A stretch of 64,000 bases of DNA from contig OZ024741.1 in the NCBI GenBank assembly GCA_964016885.1, forward strand, positions 67,580,001-67,644,000. Reading direction: 5' to 3'. Below, piece by piece: positions 13,866-27,262 of the stretch (positions are counted from its first letter, which is position 1; every line of letters starts with the position of its first letter). The notes beneath the pieces are model-generated. The model was given only the letters and a program-made list of their open reading frames with translations. It searched no databases and was not told where the DNA came from. The translations under genes and the position numbers were made by a program. Origin of the DNA: Eledone cirrhosa (lineage: Eukaryota).

Positions 13866-14612
13866 CATATATATATATATTATTTCGGAATCAGTTAATG
13901 CAGCTTTCATCACCAAGATTGTGTAGAATGGGATTTACTTTGGTTATTTGATAGTTTTTTTCTAACGATTCAAATGTCCATATAAAGCATTATCCGTTGC
14001 TCATCTTCCCTCATCGTTGTTGATAATGGTGATGATGTCTTTTAGTTTCTCAGCAATTAAAAAAGCGAATAATTCCGCTATTCCAATACCCAACAATGAA
14101 ATCACTATCCAATAGTGAAAAACAAAATACACATCAACGGTGTGAAAGCCATCGACAGTAAAAACATCATAAACAATTACAATATGAAAAAAAAGAAAAC
14201 ATTATCACTTGTTGGTGACAAAAGAAAGGCGGTTGTGTAGGGAGTGAATAAAAAAAGTGATGATGGTGATGAGAATGATAGAGGTGATGAGGATGATGGT
14301 GGTGAGTGGTGGTGATAGTGATGATGGTAGTGTTGGTAATGTTGGTGAAGTAGATGATAGTGGGGTTGTGAGGGTGACGATGATAGTTTCACACAAGAAT
14401 AGGACAATTCTTAAATGAGTCTATTGTTAATATTTGGTGCACTTTTTCTACGCACACACACACATACACACAAACATATATACATATATGTATATATATG
14501 TATGTATGTGTGTGTGTATGTGTTAAACTAATATATTTCTTCATTATACTGTGAAATTTGCTTTGTTATTTCTGTTTCTTTCACACACACACACATACAC
14601 ACACACACACAC

Positions 14613-14743
<131 letters not shown>

Positions 14744-14895
14744 TATACACATAGATGTGTATATACATATAAATATATGTACACGCACAGTATAGTTTCA
14801 CGTAAATACACACATATATAGGGCTTACAATAAAATGTAGACATAATTTGTATAGAATACTGTTGAAGTGTGTATACATTTTTGGGACACCCTGT

Positions 14896-14978
<83 letters not shown>

Positions 14979-15028
14979 CATATATTCAGATACAGACACA
15001 CACATGAATGTATATGCGTATGTGAGTG

Positions 15029-15138
<110 letters not shown>

Positions 15139-15770
15139 TTTACATATATATATACATACACATACATATACGTGTTTTGCAACTGGTCACTTTTTGGCTC
15201 AATGAAAAATTAATAAATTAAACAATCAGAGCTATATAGCATAAAACATGTCTATAGAATCACAAGATAAAATATATACTATTTCCTCTCCAACTTGACT
15301 GCGACTACGTCACGATTTTTAGCCATTTTGAAATGAATTCTTGGCGCGATCGTTTTGGAAAATTTAATGTCTAGATATGAGCGAGCTTCCTGAAGAATCC
15401 GGCGCTCGTGTTTATATAATTATTACATAATTATTGGAAAACTCAAAACACGGACGAAACCATGGTAGAGGTATTTAAATGTATTCTATTTTCTCCTAGT
15501 TTATTTTAAACCTAATTCTGCTTAGTTGACTGTATCTAGGCGATTACGCTGTCGAGATATGCGATACATATTCCGCTACGGCCGACGCGAAGCGCTAGTT
15601 TTGGTTATTTGTCGGAGATTCCTTCATAGAAGCCTCATTCGTATAGCCTGGTCTATTCGATGTTTTATATAGTTAATTATGCTAATTGGGACAGGAAATA
15701 GTATATGTGTGTGTGTGTGTGTGTGCGTGTATATATATATGTATTCATACATACACACAAACGCATACAT

Positions 15771-15810
<40 letters not shown>

Positions 15811-16331
15811 GGAAAAAGTGAAACCAAATTTTTATTTCCCACTCTTATATATATATATATATATGCGTTTGTGTGTATGTATGAATACATATAAAAAAAA
15901 CATTCTGTCGTCATTTTCTTCTTCAGTTTTCAGTTCTAGCAGTATTGATTTATATTAACGCCAATTCAAATATTCTAGACTCTTTTATTGTGTTTATTAA
16001 ATACTTTGAAATATGAAAGTAGTATTTGTCTACATTTTAGAGTTTCAAATACGTCTAAAAACAAATACACGAATAACAATGAATTTTTTAAGCATATATT
16101 TACTATCTCTCTATCTCTCTAGAAAGATATCTATCTCTCTATCTCTCTCTCTATCTCTCTCTCTATGCCTCTCTCTCTCTGTCTATCTATATCTCTCTCC
16201 CTCTATTTCTCTCTCTTTCTCTCTCTCTCTATATATATATCTTTCTCTCTTTCTCTCTCTATCTCTCTATTTCTTTCTCTTTCTTTATCTCTTTCTCCCC
16301 CCCCCCCTATCTCTCTCCCTCTCTGTGTCTG

Positions 16332-16386
<55 letters not shown>

Positions 16387-16499
16387 ATGTGTGTGTGTGA
16401 GTGTCTGAAGATGTGGAATTTTTTAGTGAGTGTGTTTGACTCAACATCGTAAGTCTGTGAATTGTATTCACGCGACGTGTTGTATACACTTTGTCGTCT

Positions 16500-17290
16500 G
16501 CAAGTCGCATCGGAACTAAGCGCGGAACTCAGCCTTGTGCTGCTAGGGGTCGGCGTGACCAGCTTCTGCCAAGTGATAGTTCATCAACGATTGTCTCCCC
16601 TAGCCAGCACCGATTAATTCCAAATATCTCATCGACAAGCTTGACATGAGAAATGCCTTCAACTGTCTGTGCCGGGACTACTTGTTCCAGGCTTGGTTCA
16701 ACCTATCAGGACTCCAAGCATGCTGCTCACTGTAACCAGGTTAGACCATCTTCCAATGGCGTCCAACAGTGCGATCCATTTGGCTTGCTCTTCATCTTTC
16801 TTGGCGTAGACAACGTTGCTGGGAGCATCGGCCCCCCTCTCAAATTCTGATACCTGGACGATGCAACGATGAAACGATAGGTAGGCTCGCAGAGAGTGTC
16901 TATCAAGATCAGTGATCTGTGATTTCTGCTCTGTCGTGCATTGGACTCTAGATCAATTCATCCAATTCATTTACGACGCAGAGGGTTTCCAGCCTTCATC
17001 TCGGCCAAGCGATCATTACTGTATCAGGTAAAAGTTACCTCTCAGAACGGTTTCCTTGCACCCTCGCTACGCCAGCTAGAAATTCTGACGAGCAGTTTTC
17101 ACATGATCGACACACCCAACCCCACCCCATCCGGCACTTTTTCTGTTAAGGAACTGCTTGGTCATGCCGAAGATGTATGCAGCTTTGACAGTGCTCTCTG
17201 ATACAGCTGCTGAGGAGATATGCAACATCCGGTTGGCATCCGATGGCAACAGGTCACCTTATTCGTCTTTATATAGCGGCCTCAGTCATC
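16500..17290 (+). pseudogene. CRE-like non-LTR reverse transcriptase remnant
   Basis: Frameshifted motifs KLDMRNAFN, GVQQCDPFGLL and YLDDAT in a GC-richer island. Confidence 0.6.
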
Positions 17291-17349
17291 GGTCTCTCTA
17301 TATACATAAATGTATGTATGTATATATATATATATATGAGAGATTGAGT

Positions 17350-17420
<71 letters not shown>

Positions 17421-17555
17421 TCTGCAGTGCTGTGACCGAGTAGATATCAAATCGTGGGACTACTTAATGCATGGGGAGTTGTAGAATGTGTATTGAGAAA
17501 TGTATAAAACTTTATATATATATATGTGATATATATATATGTGATATATATATAT

Positions 17556-17683
<128 letters not shown>

Positions 17684-18229
17684 CATAAGTAAATTTGTTA
17701 AGAATATACATAAGATCTCAATGAAAAGCGATCGTTAAAAAGAGCTTATTCAGAGAAGCAAAGATATATAGAGGTTATCTTATACAAAATCACTGAAGGG
17801 TAGATCCCAGTAAAGTATTCTAAAGATCACTTCACAAGCATCTTTCCCTAGGGATATACTCATAATGAAGCAAACTAAATATAGGAAGTCTGACTACAAA
17901 TCCCTATATATATGTTTAAATGAGGGTCGGCTGAAATGTTCATAGGCCTTCTATGAAGGAATGAGATTACAGCTTTGAAATCTTGCATGCATTTATTTCA
18001 ACTCTTCTGATTAATAATTGCATTGTTTCTTTCCAGAGACTATGTTAAAAAATAGACCTCATTTGGTCATTCCATGAGAGTATCTTGGTCAGCCTATGAA
18101 CATTTATTTAGGAGTGTAACTACAATTAGAGGTGGTGCGCCTTTCGAATCACTCAATGCTGTTACGAGGTTCGTCTCGGGTGGGTTGTATTCCAGAGTTA
18201 AGGCGTCTGTAGTGTACAGTGTGTAAATA

Positions 18230-18553
18230 GGGTAAGTAGAATCAAAATCAGTATTGCAGCATATGTAGAAAATATGATCAATATCGAACAGCTCAAGGTA
18301 CAATCAAAATCATGGGGTCCGACTGTTCTTCGACATCTCGTCAGATATGCGAGTTTATATGTGTAAAGACACACCTAAATAGTTTAGATGTGTCTTTGCA
18401 CATATAAACTCGCATATCTGATGACATGTCGGATATAAGAAGAATCGAGCCCCGTCGTTTTGATTGTACATTGAGCTGATCAATATCGAAACAATTGTAA
18501 TAAGACAATAAAGTTTTCTACATATGCTGCAACACTGACTTCGATTCTACTTA
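18230..18553. mobile_element. ~320-bp palindromic MITE-like element
   Basis: Arms GTAAGTAGAATC...CTAAA and TTTAG...GATTCTACTTAC pair over the whole length; centre at about 18380. Confidence 0.7.
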
Positions 18554-19138
18554 CTCTCTCTCTATAAATATATTGATACATTTTAGTCTCTACTTTTTTA
18601 TTTAATTCAGTTTGTCTACAGAATATAAAGCTCTCAATATTTATTTATCTACTACTTTCGTAGACTGCTGTCTCTAAAAGTATGTCCTACTAAATTAGAA
18701 TATCATCGTGATGAAAATAATTGGTTGATCGCAGCTGGACAACATTGGATTTTCTACCTCGCCTAGCTCTAATGATCAACAAACATATTTATAAATGACG
18801 TTAAGCGTCACTTCATTCAACTGTAATTAATTAAAATTCATGAAAATGGAATATCATATGGCCACTTTGACAGCTGATTCACTGCAGCAGCATTGATACT
18901 TTTCGAGAATGAGCATGCGGAAGGGGGAAGTTTATACTCAAGGCAGAAACCTAGAACATATACTTGCAACAATGTGGACTTCACTAAACGCACAAAAGGA
19001 TCATGTTGTGATGTTAAACCGAAGATCCCAAATCATGGGATTACTCGATTCATGGGGAGATGCAGAGTGGGTATAAGGAAGACGTAAACCCTCTGGAGTC
19101 GCGTTCAGGGTTTTACATTTCCCTCTCTCTCTCCCTCT

Positions 19139-19170
<32 letters not shown>

Positions 19171-19174
19171 ATGT

Positions 19175-19277
<103 letters not shown>

Positions 19278-19570
19278 AAAGTAGGTCCAGAGAATCATTT
19301 GATAAAAATATATACATTATTTCCTCTCCCAATCAGCATAATCAACCACACACAAAAAAAAAACAATTAAACAAGGCTATAAGATTAAAAGGCACCTATG
19401 AAGAAATAATAGATAAATAAACGACAGCTATCTATCCGTGATCAACAGCTATAGAATATTTATCCAGTATTTCTAATAGCACGTGGAAATCGATTAAATA
19501 TATCGTCAACCATACACAATTAGGTATAAAATCAAAGTTAGAAGAAAAAAGTATATAAGCATACCAAAAT

Positions 19571-19655
<85 letters not shown>

Positions 19656-19659
19656 TATG

Positions 19660-21132
<1,473 letters not shown>

Positions 21133-21149
21133 TTATATATATATATATC

Positions 21150-21188
<39 letters not shown>

Positions 21189-21728
21189 CGTCCTTTCACG
21201 CACAAGGCGCCAAGGTACGCATGTATTGTCCAACCAAGTGCCAGTGTGGTTCAATGGCGGGTTAATAAATTAACGAAGGCCGTATGGCCTACGTTTTATT
21301 TTTGGGATTCGAAACCGATCGGTAAAGGTAACTATAGTAGGTAAAGTCAATTTTTTAAAATTTATTTTGAAACTTTTTCATTATTTACTAAACCTTGTTT
21401 ATATTTGTTCTGGCTCGTTAATTTATTAACCCGCCATTGAACCACACTGGCACTTGGTTGGACAATACATGCGTACCTTGGCGCCTTGTGCGTGAAAGGA
21501 CGTATTTCATATTACTACTACCTCCACAAACGTTGAGAACAAACCGGGTCATTCCGACTGCTGCTGATAACAGCGGTGGCTAGTTTGACCTACCTCCTTT
21601 TGCCTCTATCTTTACTACGGCCCTTGATAAACCTGTTCTACATCATCCACTCTCATCCCAGGAACAGTCTTTGATAGCGCTAGTTTGTGATTTAAATTCA
21701 GGAATTTTATATTCTTTGAATGAAAAGA

Positions 21729-21812
21729 ACCTTCTGACGAGAATCTCTCTTTGCAACGAAGGCCGTATGGCCTACGTTTTATTTTTGGGATTCGAAACCG
21801 ATCGGTAAAGGT
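21729..21812 (+). ncRNA. Type I hammerhead ribozyme (family D, copy 1)
   Basis: ACCUU-CUGACGA-GAAUCUC..AACG-AGGCC/GGCCU-CGUU..GGGAUUC-GAAA-CCGAUCGG-UA-AAGGU; predicted cut after GUA at 21807. Confidence 0.88.
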
Positions 21813-22211
21813 AACTATAGTAGGTAAAGTCAATTTTTTAAAATTTATTTTGAAACTTTTTCATTATTTACTAAACCTTGTTTATATTTGTTCTGGCTCG
21901 TTAATTTATTAACCCGCCATTGAACCACACTGGCACTTGGTTGGACAATACATGCGTACCTTGGCGCCTTGTGCGTGAAAGGACGTATTTCATATTACTA
22001 CTACCTCCACAAACGTTGAGAACAAACCGGGTCATTCCGACTGCTGCTGATAACAGCGGTGGCTAGTTTGACCTACCTCCTTTTGCCTCTATCTTTACTA
22101 CGGCCCTTGATAAACCTGTTCTACATCATCCACTCTCATCCCAGGAACAGTCTTTGATAGCGCTAGTTTGTGATTTAAATTCAGGAATTTTATATTCTTT
22201 GAATGAAAAGA

Positions 22212-22295
22212 ACCTTCTGACGAGAATCTCTCTTTGCAACGAAGGCCGTATGGCCTACGTTTTATTTTTGGGATTCGAAACCGATCGGTAAAGGT
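22212..22295 (+). ncRNA. Type I hammerhead ribozyme (family D, copy 2)
   Basis: Same sequence as copy 1, +483. Confidence 0.88.
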
Positions 22296-22694
22296 AACTA
22301 TAGTAGGTAAAGTCAATTTTTTAAAATTTATTTTGAAACTTTTTCATTATTTACTAAACCTTGTTTATATTTGTTCTGGCTCGTTAATTTATTAACCCGC
22401 CATTGAACCACACTGGCACTTGGTTGGACAATACATGCGTACCTTGGCGCCTTGTGCGTGAAAGGACGTATTTCATATTACTACTACCTCCACAAACGTT
22501 GAGAACAAACCGGGTCATTCCGACTGCTGCTGATAACAGCGGTGGCTAGTTTGACCTACCTCCTTTTGCCTCTATCTTTACTACGGCCCTTGATAAACCT
22601 GTTCTACATCATCCACTCTCATCCCAGGAACAGTCTTTGATAGCGCTAGTTTGTGATTTAAATTCAGGAATTTTATATTCTTTGAATGAAAAGA

Positions 22695-22778
22695 ACCTTC
22701 TGACGAGAATCTCTCTTTGCAACGAAGGCCGTATGGCCTACGTTTTATTTTTGGGATTCGAAACCGATCGGTAAAGGT
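22695..22778 (+). ncRNA. Type I hammerhead ribozyme (family D, copy 3)
   Basis: Same sequence, +966. Confidence 0.88.
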
Positions 22779-23177
22779 AACTATAGTAGGTAAAGTCAAT
22801 TTTTTAAAATTTATTTTGAAACTTTTTCATTATTTACTAAACCTTGTTTATATTTGTTCTGGCTCGTTAATTTATTAACCCGCCATTGAACCACACTGGC
22901 ACTTGGTTGGACAATACATGCGTACCTTGGCGCCTTGTGCGTGAAAGGACGTATTTCATATTACTACTACCTCCACAAACGTTGAGAACAAACCGGGTCA
23001 TTCCGACTGCTGCTGATAACAGCGGTGGCTAGTTTGACCTACCTCCTTTTGCCTCTATCTTTACTACGGCCCTTGATAAACCTGTTCTACATCATCCACT
23101 CTCATCCCAGGAACAGTCTTTGATAGCGCTAGTTTGTGATTTAAATTCAGGAATTTTATATTCTTTGAATGAAAAGA

Positions 23178-23261
23178 ACCTTCTGACGAGAATCTCTCTT
23201 TGCAACGAAGGCCGTATGGCCTACGTTTTATTTTTGGGATTCGAAACCGATCGGTAAAGGT
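23178..23261 (+). ncRNA. Type I hammerhead ribozyme (family D, copy 4)
   Basis: Same sequence, +1449. Confidence 0.88.
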
Positions 23262-23660
23262 AACTATAGTAGGTAAAGTCAATTTTTTAAAATTTATTTT
23301 GAAACTTTTTCATTATTTACTAAACCTTGTTTATATTTGTTCTGGCTCGTTAATTTATTAACCCGCCATTGAACCACACTGGCACTTGGTTGGACAATAC
23401 ATGCGTACCTTGGCGCCTTGTGCGTGAAAGGACGTATTTCATATTACTACTACCTCCACAAACGTTGAGAACAAACCGGGTCATTCCGACTGCTGCTGAT
23501 AACAGCGGTGGCTAGTTTGACCTACCTCCTTTTGCCTCTATCTTTACTACGGCCCTTGATAAACCTGTTCTACATCATCCACTCTCATCCCAGGAACAGT
23601 CTTTGATAGCGCTAGTTTGTGATTTAAATTCAGGAATTTTATATTCTTTGAATGAAAAGA

Positions 23661-23744
23661 ACCTTCTGACGAGAATCTCTCTTTGCAACGAAGGCCGTAT
23701 GGCCTACGTTTTATTTTTGGGATTCGAAACCGATCGGTAAAGGT
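23661..23744 (+). ncRNA. Type I hammerhead ribozyme (family D, copy 5)
   Basis: Same sequence, +1932. Confidence 0.88.
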
Positions 23745-23811
23745 AACTATAGTAGGTAAAGTCAATTTTTTAAAATTTATTTTGAAACTTTTTCATTATT
23801 TACTAAACCTT

Positions 23812-23867
<56 letters not shown>

Positions 23868-23999
23868 GGGTGGGGTGCTAGGAAGGGGTGATGGAAGGTC
23901 ATGACAACACAAAAGAACAGAATAAAAGCTAAATATTATACTGATAAACATAAAATCGAAAAGATTGTGGACAAAGATTGTTATCAACAAAATTGCGAA

Positions 24000-24415
24000 C
24001 AATGTCTTATCAAATTCAATTTTTAAGTTATTTTGGTTAAAGAGATCACGTATATTCTTCTTAATAATATTGAGGTTAACTATGTTGCAATTTAAGATAG
24101 TAAAAAGTCCATCGTCCCGATAAACTGCACCGCGAAGTTGAGTAATTTTCCGATTCAAAGAGTTCAAAATAAAGATACCAATTAAATCTGTCAATTAGGA
24201 TGAATCAGATGCACCCATTGTAATATCAAAGTTGTTAGAGGTAGCAGCTCTGGTCCAATATTCATTGTTGAACTCTAAGATGGTTTTACGTGCAGTGAGA
24301 ATGATGTGAAGTTCATCTGTGGTGATGTCTGAATATTTGTAAGCGAAAGATAGAGCATTGTTGAGAAGTGAGGGCGAAATAGAAGAATAGTAGCTGGCAA
24401 TATCAAATTGAATAA
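24000..24415 (-). pseudogene. Inverted Penelope-like RT fragment
   Basis: QFDIASYYSSI, FDITMGASDS*LTDLIG and YRDDG motifs; partly the reverse complement of 24430-24620. Confidence 0.85.
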
Positions 24416-24427
24416 ATTAAATAAATA

Positions 24428-27245
24428 TATTGCCAGCTACTATTCTTCTATTTCGCCCTTACTTCTTTGAATCGGAAAATTCCTCAACTTTGCGGTGGAA
24501 TTTATCGGGACGATGGACTTTTTACTATCTTAAATTGCAACATAGTTAACCTTAATATTATTAAGAACAATATACGTGATCTCTTTAACTAACATAACTT
24601 AAAAATTGAATTTGATAACAACATCAAACTAGCTAACTTCTTGACACTGGCCTATATTACCCTTACCATAAAAACAATGAGAATCTAAATTATGTTAATT
24701 TTAAATCTAACCACCCCACTAACATTAAAATGCTATAGTTAGTAATATTGGAAAAAGAATATCCAACCTATCATCTAATAAAAACATATTTGATGCTAAC
24801 GCCAATTACTATAATAACGCGCTTTCTAAAGCCGGTTATCCTGATAAAATCAAATACAGTAAAGAAACCAATCCTAGAAGATCTTACAGTAAAATAATTA
24901 ATCATGATAATTCCAATAACTTTAATAAAAGACCTAGATACAAAAATATAATCTGGTATAATGCTCCTTTCTCCATCTCTATTAAAAATAATATTCCTAA
25001 ATTATTCTTTAGTGCCTTAAATAAATGCTTCCCTCCTTCACATATCTATAGTAAAATATTTAACAAACACACTATAACATTTTCCTATTCGACCTCCTCC
25101 AACATCTTCAACATTATCTCTAAACACAACAATAAAATACTAAATACTAAATCTCTTCCTTCCAACACTGAATATCATAATAATAGTAATAGTACTCCCG
25201 ACGTCATTGTTAACTCTAGGCTAATTTCTGCAAACCCAAATACGACGTCAAACGCAACTTCGTTAAATGTTCTTAATCCCAATCTAAATCAAGAAACTAT
25301 TATTCCTATCGTAAATAACTTCTCCAATCCAATTCCTCCTATAGATAACACTAGGTCACTTGTTAATAACTTTGTTAATTTCTCTAATCGCAATTGTAAT
25401 TGCCCTGTTAAAAATAAATGTCCTCTCAACAACCATTGTCTTGAAAAAACTTAATCTCTGAATGTAAAGTTATAACTGGCACCAATTCCTTTACCTATTT
25501 TGGCTCCACTTCCACCTCCTTTAAAGTTCGTCTTTATAATCATCATTCATCTTTTACTTTTAAATACCAACTTAAAAGAACCAACACGGCACTCTCAGAA
25601 CTCATATGGTCCTTGAAAGACAAAAATATTAACTATAACATCTCTTGGAGGAAAGTTTGTTCTGCCTCTCTATCCAAAACATGTAATCTCTGTTTATGTG
25701 AGAAATTTACCATTATATCTAATTTAGATTCTATAATAAATAGACGCACTGACTTATTTTCTCTCTGCTTGCATAAATTCCACAGGACATTCCATAAAGT
25801 ATACAGCTAATATCTAATACTTTACCAATTTAAAATCCTTTTTCTCAAAGGCATATATATATATATATATTTCTATTAAAATATACCCATCTTTCTACCT
25901 TATTTCAATGTTATTTATTATACATTATATAATACTAGTTACTCATTCTATATCATTCCTATTTATCACTTCCCTTTCTTCCTTTTTCTTTTTTCTTTTA
26001 ATTTTTAACCTCTAATCTGTACCTTTTCTTCCTAGATACTTCTCAATTCTCATTATTACTCACCACAATATATCCACTCTTCCTTCTTCCATCCTATCAC
26101 TGGTCATAAAACTTACTATTACCCTTTTAAATACTTTATAGTATCACCTTTAAAAATTCTTCGTAAACATAAACATTTTTTTTTACATTAGATTATTCAT
26201 CCTCAATTCATTATTTTTTTCTCCCTTTCATGCTCGTCTAACTTTTACATATTACACATCACAATACATAAAAACAAACTTAAACCCTAACTAATCTCCT
26301 TTATTACATTATATTATTACCATTAGGAAATACTTCATAAACATACATATTTTGATGTTAAGGTCTTCTCCTTAAACACTATCTCCTTCTTTGCTTTCTG
26401 CGCTCATTTGTAAACAAACTATTTACATATATTACGCATACATATTACATTATATAAAAACAAATTAAACACTAACTAATTCCTCTAAATTCATAATTCA
26501 TCCACTCTTCTACTTCTTTTCACATTATATCCTTAATAACATTACCATTTTTATTTTAATAATACATATCAACAATTTCTTTCCATCGCACATATTATTA
26601 AATCCTTCAATATTCAAACCTTAATTTAATATTATTCTTAATACATATTAACAATTTCTTTTCATCGCACATATTATTAAACCCTTCAATATACAAACCT
26701 TAATTTAACATTATTCTTAATTTTTTCTCTTCGTTAATTTTCAAATTCTTTTAATTTATATATTATCTTCCAACGGTTTTTAACCTCTCTCTGTAAAACA
26801 ATATATTTTTCTCAGTTATAAAAGCTATCACTCTCTCTATATCACCCATCTCTCCTCCTATCTCACCCTTCCTTATTATACTCCTCCCCCTCCATTCTTT
26901 ACTCTCATCTCCTTCTCTTTTTCATCCTTTCCAGCCCCCCCCCCTCATTTTTCCCCCCAAAATCACACATCAATCTTAAACTACTTTTCATATGTTGATT
27001 TAAAACTGCACTATTCACAAGTGTTTTTTAACCTTCATATCATGTCTCCTTATTTTATCTGACGAAAACGCAAATGTCATCGCATGATGATATTTGCTTT
27101 TGAAATGCGCATAATAAAATATATGGAACTCTTTAAACCATCTTTTGATCTTATATTATTTATACTCCCGTCCTACAAACTGTAGAGTGCTACTTATCCG
27201 ATATCTGCATTGCTTTATTGTACTACAATAAAACTCACCTCCTAC
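24428..27245 (+). mobile_element. Decayed Penelope-like element: RT C-terminus, GIY-YIG to ~25810, long 3' UTR/pLTR
   Basis: YRDDG, SNHP, IIWYNAPF, CNC..KNKCPL, TYFGST..SFKVR, LSELIWSLK, CNLCLCEK, with frameshifts. Hammerhead near the 3' end; ends at (TA)n. Confidence 0.88.
27051..27121 (+). ncRNA. Type I hammerhead ribozyme in PLE pLTR (family E)
   Basis: UAUUUUAU-CUGACGA-AAACGCAAAUGUCAUC/GAUGAUAUUUGCUUUU-GAAA-UGCGCA-UA-AUAAAAUA. Confidence 0.85.
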
Positions 27246-27262
27246 ATATATATATATATATA

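Larger units (their letters stand above)
21181..23818 (+). mobile_element. Retrozyme-like tandem array: ~5.3 x 483-bp units plus a ~95-bp inverted end, inserted in (TA)n
   Basis: Exact 483-bp periodicity; one hammerhead per unit; no real coding capacity. 21181-21276 is the reverse complement of 21415-21510. Confidence 0.9.

Noticed and set aside
21768-21800. Pol III A/B-box (TGGCCTAC...GGATTCGAAACC) in the array unit
   Set aside because: The match is imperfect, is explained by the hammerhead stem II/GAAA sequence, and is interrupted by T-runs that would terminate Pol III.
21615-23765. Five identical 72-aa ORFs in the array
   Set aside because: Antisense to the ribozyme strand, non-ATG start and no recognisable domain; the identity simply reflects the DNA repeat.
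21272-23818. CRISPR-like or rDNA array (GGTAACTATAG resembles an LSU rRNA motif)
   Set aside because: There are no variable spacers, and the similarity is only about 10 nt with no other rRNA sequence.
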